DNA of 63,561 nt, the filler included, from Octopus bimaculoides (taxonomy: Eukaryota): NCBI RefSeq assembly GCF_001194135.2. It is 5 parts of 5 records of this genome, joined end to end, with 100 filler letters (N's around TTAATTAATTAA, not from the genome) between each part and the next. Parts side by side here need not be neighbours in the genome. Positions count along the whole stretch, not along the records: positions 50,975 to 58,510 come from NC_068991.1; positions 58,611 to 63,561 come from NW_026336504.1; 3 more parts are not named here. The stretch is one strand, 5' to 3'. Within the stretch, counting starts at the first letter, position 1, and each line of letters begins with the position of its first letter. The notes beneath the pieces were generated by a model that saw only the letters and a list, made by a program, of their open reading frames with translations, did not search any database and was not told the DNA's origin. Made by a program: the position numbers and the translations under genes. This document shows, one piece after another, positions 58,150-63,561 of the stretch.

Positions 58150-58445
58150 TTCCTTCTCGAGCCATGCCGAGCTCATAAGGGGCGGTTTCCCGGTTTCATT
58201 GGCGTATAGGTTCCCCACCTGTACGGGACGCCGTTTCGTCGCAGGGGAGCTGCTAGATGCAGAAGGAAAGAGTGAGATAAAGTTGTGGCGAAAGAGTCAG
58301 CAGAGGTTCACCATTACCTTCTGCCGGAGCCGCGTGGAGCTTAGGTGTTTCACTTATAAACACACACATCACCCGGTCTGAGATTCGAACCCGCGATCCC
58401 TCGACTGCGAGTCTACTGCTCTAACCACTGGGCCATGTGTCTCCA
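58150..58445 (-). mobile_element. tRNA-derived SINE with the family C head but a different 3' tail
   Basis: Head and centre match 51406-51600. The tail ...cctgcgacgaaacggcgtcccgtacagg...gaaaccgggaaaccgccccttatgagctcggc is unrelated to 51600-51790 and is also seen at 45555-45601. Confidence 0.8.
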
Positions 58446-58610
58446 CAAATAGATATTTTAAGACTAATTATTCTTTCTAATTTCGACACAAGGCCAGCAA
58501 CTTTTCAGGGNNNNNNNNNNNNNNNNNNNNNNNNNNNNNNNNNNNNNNNNNNNNTTAATTAATTAANNNNNNNNNNNNNNNNNNNNNNNNNNNNNNNNNN
58601 NNNNNNNNNN

Positions 58611-58643
<33 letters not shown>

Positions 58644-60402
58644 TATATAGATATATAGATATATACATATGTATATATGTATGTAGGTATGTTTGTATAC
58701 GACGGGCTTCTTTCAGTTTCTACTTACCAAATCCACTCGTAAAGCCTTGGTCGACCCGAGGTTATAGTAGAAAACACTTGCCCAAGATGGAACTGAATCC
58801 GAGACCATGTGGTTGGGATAGAAATATCTTAACACACACCCACGCCCGCGCCTCTGTATGTGTGTGCGTGTGAGTGTGTGCGTGTGAGTGTGTGCGTGTG
58901 AGTGTGTGCGTGTGAGTGTGTGCACGCGCGTGCACATCCATCTGCAACAATCATGCACACATGACTCTGCATGACTTCGTTTGCATGCGTACGTGTGTTT
59001 GTTTCTCTCGTTATGCATGCGTGTGTAACCTGTTTAGACACAAGCGCGGCGTACGCCTATGACAATATCACTTGTCCTACGTCTAGCATTATTTTCCCTA
59101 AACGCATTGATTGATATAAAAACACGACACATACAACAACATTATTTGACAAACATTACAGTTATGATATAAAAAGAGAAGTTGAAGAGCAGGAATATTG
59201 TGTGGAGATTACGTAAGAGTTAGGGTTCTGTAATGCAATCCGATTATCACGTGTCATATGTTACAGACAATTTTCAACCAATCATTTGACAGCTGCCATC
59301 TTTTCCGTGTTATATTGTGGTAATATCTGTAAACTATCGCTTTGTCTTTGTCTGTTTGTTTTGTTTTGTTTTTAGCTTTCAATTTTATTTTTTCCCTTTT
59401 AATGGACAGCAATATCATCACAGCAACTGCAATAAGGCATTGACCCTTTTCACCGGAATATGTCACTCCTTGACAATGCTTTTGATGATGACGATGATGA
59501 TTGTGGTGGTGGTGGTGTGTGGTGGTGGTGCGGTTGGTGTTGCTGTTAGTGTAGCTGGTGATGTATATATGTATATATATATATATTATATATATATANN
59601 NNNNNNNNNNNNNNNNNNNNNNNNNNNNNNNNNNNNNNNNNNNNNNNNNNNNNNNNNNNNNNNNNNNNNNNNNNNNNNNNNNNNNNNNNNNNNNNNNNNN
59701 NNNNNNNNNNNNNNNNNNNNNNNNNNNNNNNNNNNNNNNNNNNNNNNNNNNNNNNNNNNNNNNNNNNNNNNNNNNNNNNNNNNNNNNNNNNNNNNNNNNN
59801 NNNNNNNNNNNNNNNNNNNNNNNNNNNNNNNNNNNNNNNNNNNNNNNNNNNNNNNNNNNNNNNNNNNNNNNNNNNNNNNNNNNNNNNNNNNNNNNNNNNN
59901 NNNNNNNNNNNNNNNNNNNNNNNNNNNNNNNNNNNNNNNNNNNNNNNNNNNNNNNNNNNNNNNNNNNNNNNNNNNNNNNNNNNNNNNNNNNNNNNNNNNN
60001 NNNNNNNNNNNNNNNNNNNNNNNNNNNNNNNNNNNNNNNNNNNNNNNNNNNNNNNNNNNNNNNNNNNNNNNNNNNNNNNNNNNNNNNNNNNNNNNNNNNN
60101 NNNNNNNNNNNNNNNNNNNNNNNNNNNNNNNNNNNNNNNNNNNNNNNNNNNNNNNNNNNNNNNNNNNNNNNNNNNNNNNNNNNNNNNNNNNNNNNNNNNN
60201 NNNNNNNNNNNNNNNNNNNNNNNNNNNNNNNNNNNNNNNNNNNNNNNNNNNNNNNNNNNNNNNNNNNNNNNNNNNNNNNNNNNNNNNNNNNNNNNNNATA
60301 TATATATAGTGAGTTCAAACCAGATAAACGACAAAAAACAACAACGCGAGTACGTGATACAGATATTGTGTTACTGGACGCTCAGGAAATGAAAGAAAGA
60401 GA

Positions 60403-60437
60403 ATTTGACGTTTCGAGCGGAGCTCTTCGTCGGAAAT
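60403..60437 (-). ncRNA. Minimal type-I hammerhead ribozyme motif (Penelope-like), one core substitution
   Basis: Minus strand: ATTT CCGACGA A GAGC TCC GCTC GAAA C GTC AAAT = stem I ATTT/AAAT, core CcGACGA (U4 to C), extra A, stem II GAGC/GCTC, GAAA, ACGU stem III and a GUC triplet. Confidence 0.6.
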
Positions 60438-60644
60438 ATAAGAAAGTCCAAAGAAGGGAAGACGGAGGAAGAAAAAATCGCCAACGATATACACGAGGTT
60501 ACATTGTGGAATGTAGTATATATATATATGTACATACATACACACACACGCGCGCACAAACAAACAAATCAACACAGACACATATATATGCATGCATACA
60601 TACATATATATATGTATATGTATGTTTTTATATATATATATATA

Positions 60645-60805
60645 GGCGCAAACGTGGCTGTGTTGTAAGAAGTTTGCTTCCCAACCAATATGGTCCCGGG
60701 TTCAGTCCCACTCCGTGGTACCTTGTGTCTTCTACTATAGCCTCGGGCCGATCGAAATCTTGTGAATGGATTTGTTAGACGCAAAACTGAAAGCCCGTCG
60801 TATAT
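60645..60805 (+). mobile_element. SINE family A, 5' half
   Basis: ggcgcaaacgtggctgtgttgtaag...gggttcagtccc...cttctactatagcctcgggccg. Confidence 0.8.
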
Positions 60806-60864
60806 ATCATTTATCTACGACATTAGAAACTTTGTATATATCCTTTCTACTGAATGTGTTTTCT

Positions 60865-60999
60865 GTGTGTGTGCCAGCTAAGTGGACTGGAGTAATGTGA
60901 AATAAAGTGTCTTGCTCACGGAGACAACGCACCGCTGGGAATTGAACTCACGACCTTACGATCATGAGCAGAATGCCCCTAACCACTAAGCCACGCGCC

Positions 61000-61000
<1 letters not shown>
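60865..61000 (-). mobile_element. tRNA-derived SINE head (same type as at 46660)
   Basis: Minus: cgtggcttagtggttagggcattc...gtgagttcaattccc...gtgagcaagacactttatttcacatt. Confidence 0.75.
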
Positions 61001-61055
<55 letters not shown>

Positions 61056-61133
61056 CATACATAGTACGTACATAAGCATATATGTATGAATATGTATATG
61101 TACACACACAAACACACATACATATATATATGT

Positions 61134-61164
<31 letters not shown>

Positions 61165-63561
61165 NNNNNNNNNNNNNNNNNNNNNNNNNNNNNNNNNNNN
61201 NNNNNNNNNNNNNNNNNNNNNNNNNNNNNNNNNNNNNNNNNNNNNNNNNNNNNNNNNNNNNNNNNNNNNNNNNNNNNNNNNNNNNNNNNNNNNNNNNNNN
61301 NNNNNNNNNNNNNNNNNNNNNNATATATATATCATAACATAGATGGTCACTACAGCTGTTCCAGACGATGAACAAAACAATTACATCATCTTCAGATGAA
61401 TTAGGAGTATATGATGCATATTGACCCTCTCATCTGGGTCCCAGCTAGACGTATATATGGTCTTGTAGAGCTCATTCAGCTGCAGTAGTCCAGTCATTAT
61501 TACTGGACCCGCTTACAGGTTGGACCTTGCCTTTTGCCAACAACTGTATACATACAAACATGCATATGTATGCATACATATATACGCACATACGTATATT
61601 TATGAACGTGTGTTTCTGTATGTGTGACTCTGTGTGTGTGTGAGTGTACGTGTGTGTGTGCGTTTGTGTGTGTGTGTGTGCGTGTGTGTGTGTGTGTGTG
61701 TGTATGTGTGTTTGCAATTACATCACCACATTGTCGCAAAAAGACTCACACAAGGCATGATATACAGTCATTGACGTTTCGCCTATCGAAGCCCTTTCTG
61801 TAACTCTTTATTGATATAGGCAAAAACACACACGTACTCAAACACACACATACACACGCACATAAACACATATGCATACACACACAACACACATCATTGG
61901 AACAGAGAGGAAGAAACACAGGAGGCTACAGCAATTTCATATAGCAACATCATAATAATAATAATAAGAAGCAGAAGAGAACTAAGGCGGTAGATGTGAA
62001 TGAGATGACTGCGAAAGTGACAGTATGGCTGCTTGGTGCAATAGATAGCGCTGTGTAAACTAAGCTGACATTCATGGCCAGATAATTGTTTGTTTCTAGT
62101 TGAAGCTTGTAAATGTCAACAGTCATTCATATATTGATGTATTGATAATCGCATCTTTTACAATTAAGGTTTATAACCCGTGTTGTATGTACATATATAG
62201 AGACATATTGTACACCGTCGTCGACATCCTTCGATCTTTCATGTATATACATACGTATGTATGTATGTATGTATGTATGTATGTATGTATGTATGTATGT
62301 ATGTATGTATATATATATAGATATATATNNNNNNNNNNNNNNNNNNNNNNNNNNNNNNNNNNNNNNNNNNNNNNNNNNNNNNNNNNNNNNNNNNNNNNNN
62401 NNNNNNNNNNNNNNNNNNNNNNNNNNNNNNNNNNNNNNNNNNNNNNNNNNNNNNNNNNNNNNNNNNNNNNNNNNNNNNNNNNNNNNNNNNNNNNNNNNNN
62501 NNNNNNNNNNNNNNNNNNNNNNNNNNNNNNNNNNNNNNNNNNNNNNNNNNNNNNNNNNNNNNNNNNNNNNNNNNNNNNNNNNNNNNNNNNNNNNNNNNNN
62601 NNNNNNNNNNNNNNNNNNNNNNNNNNNNNNNNNNNNNNNNNNNNNNNNNNNNNNNNNNNNNNNNNNNNNNNNNNNNNNNNNNNNNNNNNNNNNNNNNNNN
62701 NNNNNNNNNNNNNNNNNNNNNNNNNNNNNNNNNNNNNNNNNNNNNNNNNNNNNNNNNNNNNNNNNNNNNNNNNNNNNNNNNNNNNNNNNNNNNNNNNNNN
62801 NNNNNNNNNNNNNNNNNNNNNNNNNNNNNNNNNNNNNNNNNNNNNNNNNNNNNNNNNNNNNNNNNNNNNNNNNNNNNNNNNNNNNNNNNNNNNNNNNNNN
62901 NNNNNNNNNNNNNNNNNNNNNNNNNNNNNNNNNNNNNNNNNNNNNNNNNNNNNNNNNNNNNNNNNNNNNNNNNNNNNNNNNNNNNNNNNNNNNNNNNNNN
63001 NNNNNNNNNNNNNNNNNNNNNNNNNNNNNNNNNNNNNNNNNNNNNNNNNNNNNNNNNNNNNNNNNNNNNNNNNNNNNNNNNNNNNNNNNNNNNNNNNNNN
63101 NNNNNNNNNNNNNNNNNNNNNNNNNNNNNNNNNNNNNNNNNNNNNNNNNNNNNNNNNNNNNNNNNNNNNNNNNNNNNNNNNNNNNNNNNNNNNNNNNNNN
63201 NNNNNNNNNNNNNNNNNNNNNNNNNNNNNNNNNNNNNNNNNNNNNNNNNNNNNNNNNNNNNNNNNNNNNNNNNNNNNNNNNNNNNNNNNNNNNNNNNNNN
63301 NNNNNNNNNNNNNNNNNNNNNNNNNNTATATATATATATATATATATATTCATATTTATATATAACGTAGGTACATTATGCATATGTCCCCAGTACACTT
63401 ATTTTTGTACGTTTGTGTATATGCACGCGCGCGCAAGACACACAGAAATACAAGCAAAGTATATGCATATATATATACGTATATATGGGTGTGTGTATAT
63501 ATATTACATATACATACATACATATATACATATGTATATATATATATATATACATATGTAT

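Noticed and set aside
61345-61398. Possible hammerhead remnant (minus: CTGAAGA TGATG...CATCGTCT GGAA CAGCTGT A)
   Set aside because: GAAA is altered and the stem II register is inconsistent with the core; at most a decayed Penelope-like end.
61766-61806. Possible hammerhead remnant (minus: CAGAAAG GGCTTCGATAGGC GAAA CGTC)
   Set aside because: GAAACGTC is present, but the CUGANGA core has several mismatches and stem I does not pair.

Overview
AT-rich, gap-riddled (N-run) eukaryotic scaffold. The SINE/LINE content, microsatellite load and giant C2H2 gene point to a coleoid cephalopod, probably Octopus (inference). Two host genes lie on the minus strand. (1) The 3' part of BLOC1S1 (BLOS1/GCN5L1): coding exons at 4350-4482 and 2278-2365 plus a probable terminal exon at 40-62; the 5' exons were not found and may lie in gaps. 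(2) A 2031-aa single-ORF multi-zinc-finger gene (37475-43570), with about 14 C2H2-type fingers and a four-fold internal repeat of an unusual 'HxxWH' zinc module, plus candidate UTR exons (54816-54989; acceptor at 43990; donor at 37393; terminal exon 33902-~33080) and a CpG-rich candidate promoter near 55.5 kb. The rest is a dense mix of mobile elements: RTE, L1/Tx1, R4/Dong-like and CR1/RTE-like LINEs, several tRNA-derived SINE families, mariner and Tc1 remnants, hAT/piggyBac/TA-type MITEs, Helitrons, a Gypsy integrase remnant and a probable solo LTR. The most notable unexplained structures are minimal hammerhead-ribozyme motifs of Penelope-like type with covarying stems, a 160-bp mariner fold-back in the BLOC1S1 last intron, a copy of zinc-finger coding sequence embedded in a repeat 1 kb downstream of its source, a 3'-UTR intron 82 nt after the zinc-finger stop codon, a twin-priming-like inverted LINE, and evidence for SINE module shuffling and a SINE/Tx1-LINE shared tail. 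All of this was read by eye; many repeat boundaries are approximate.
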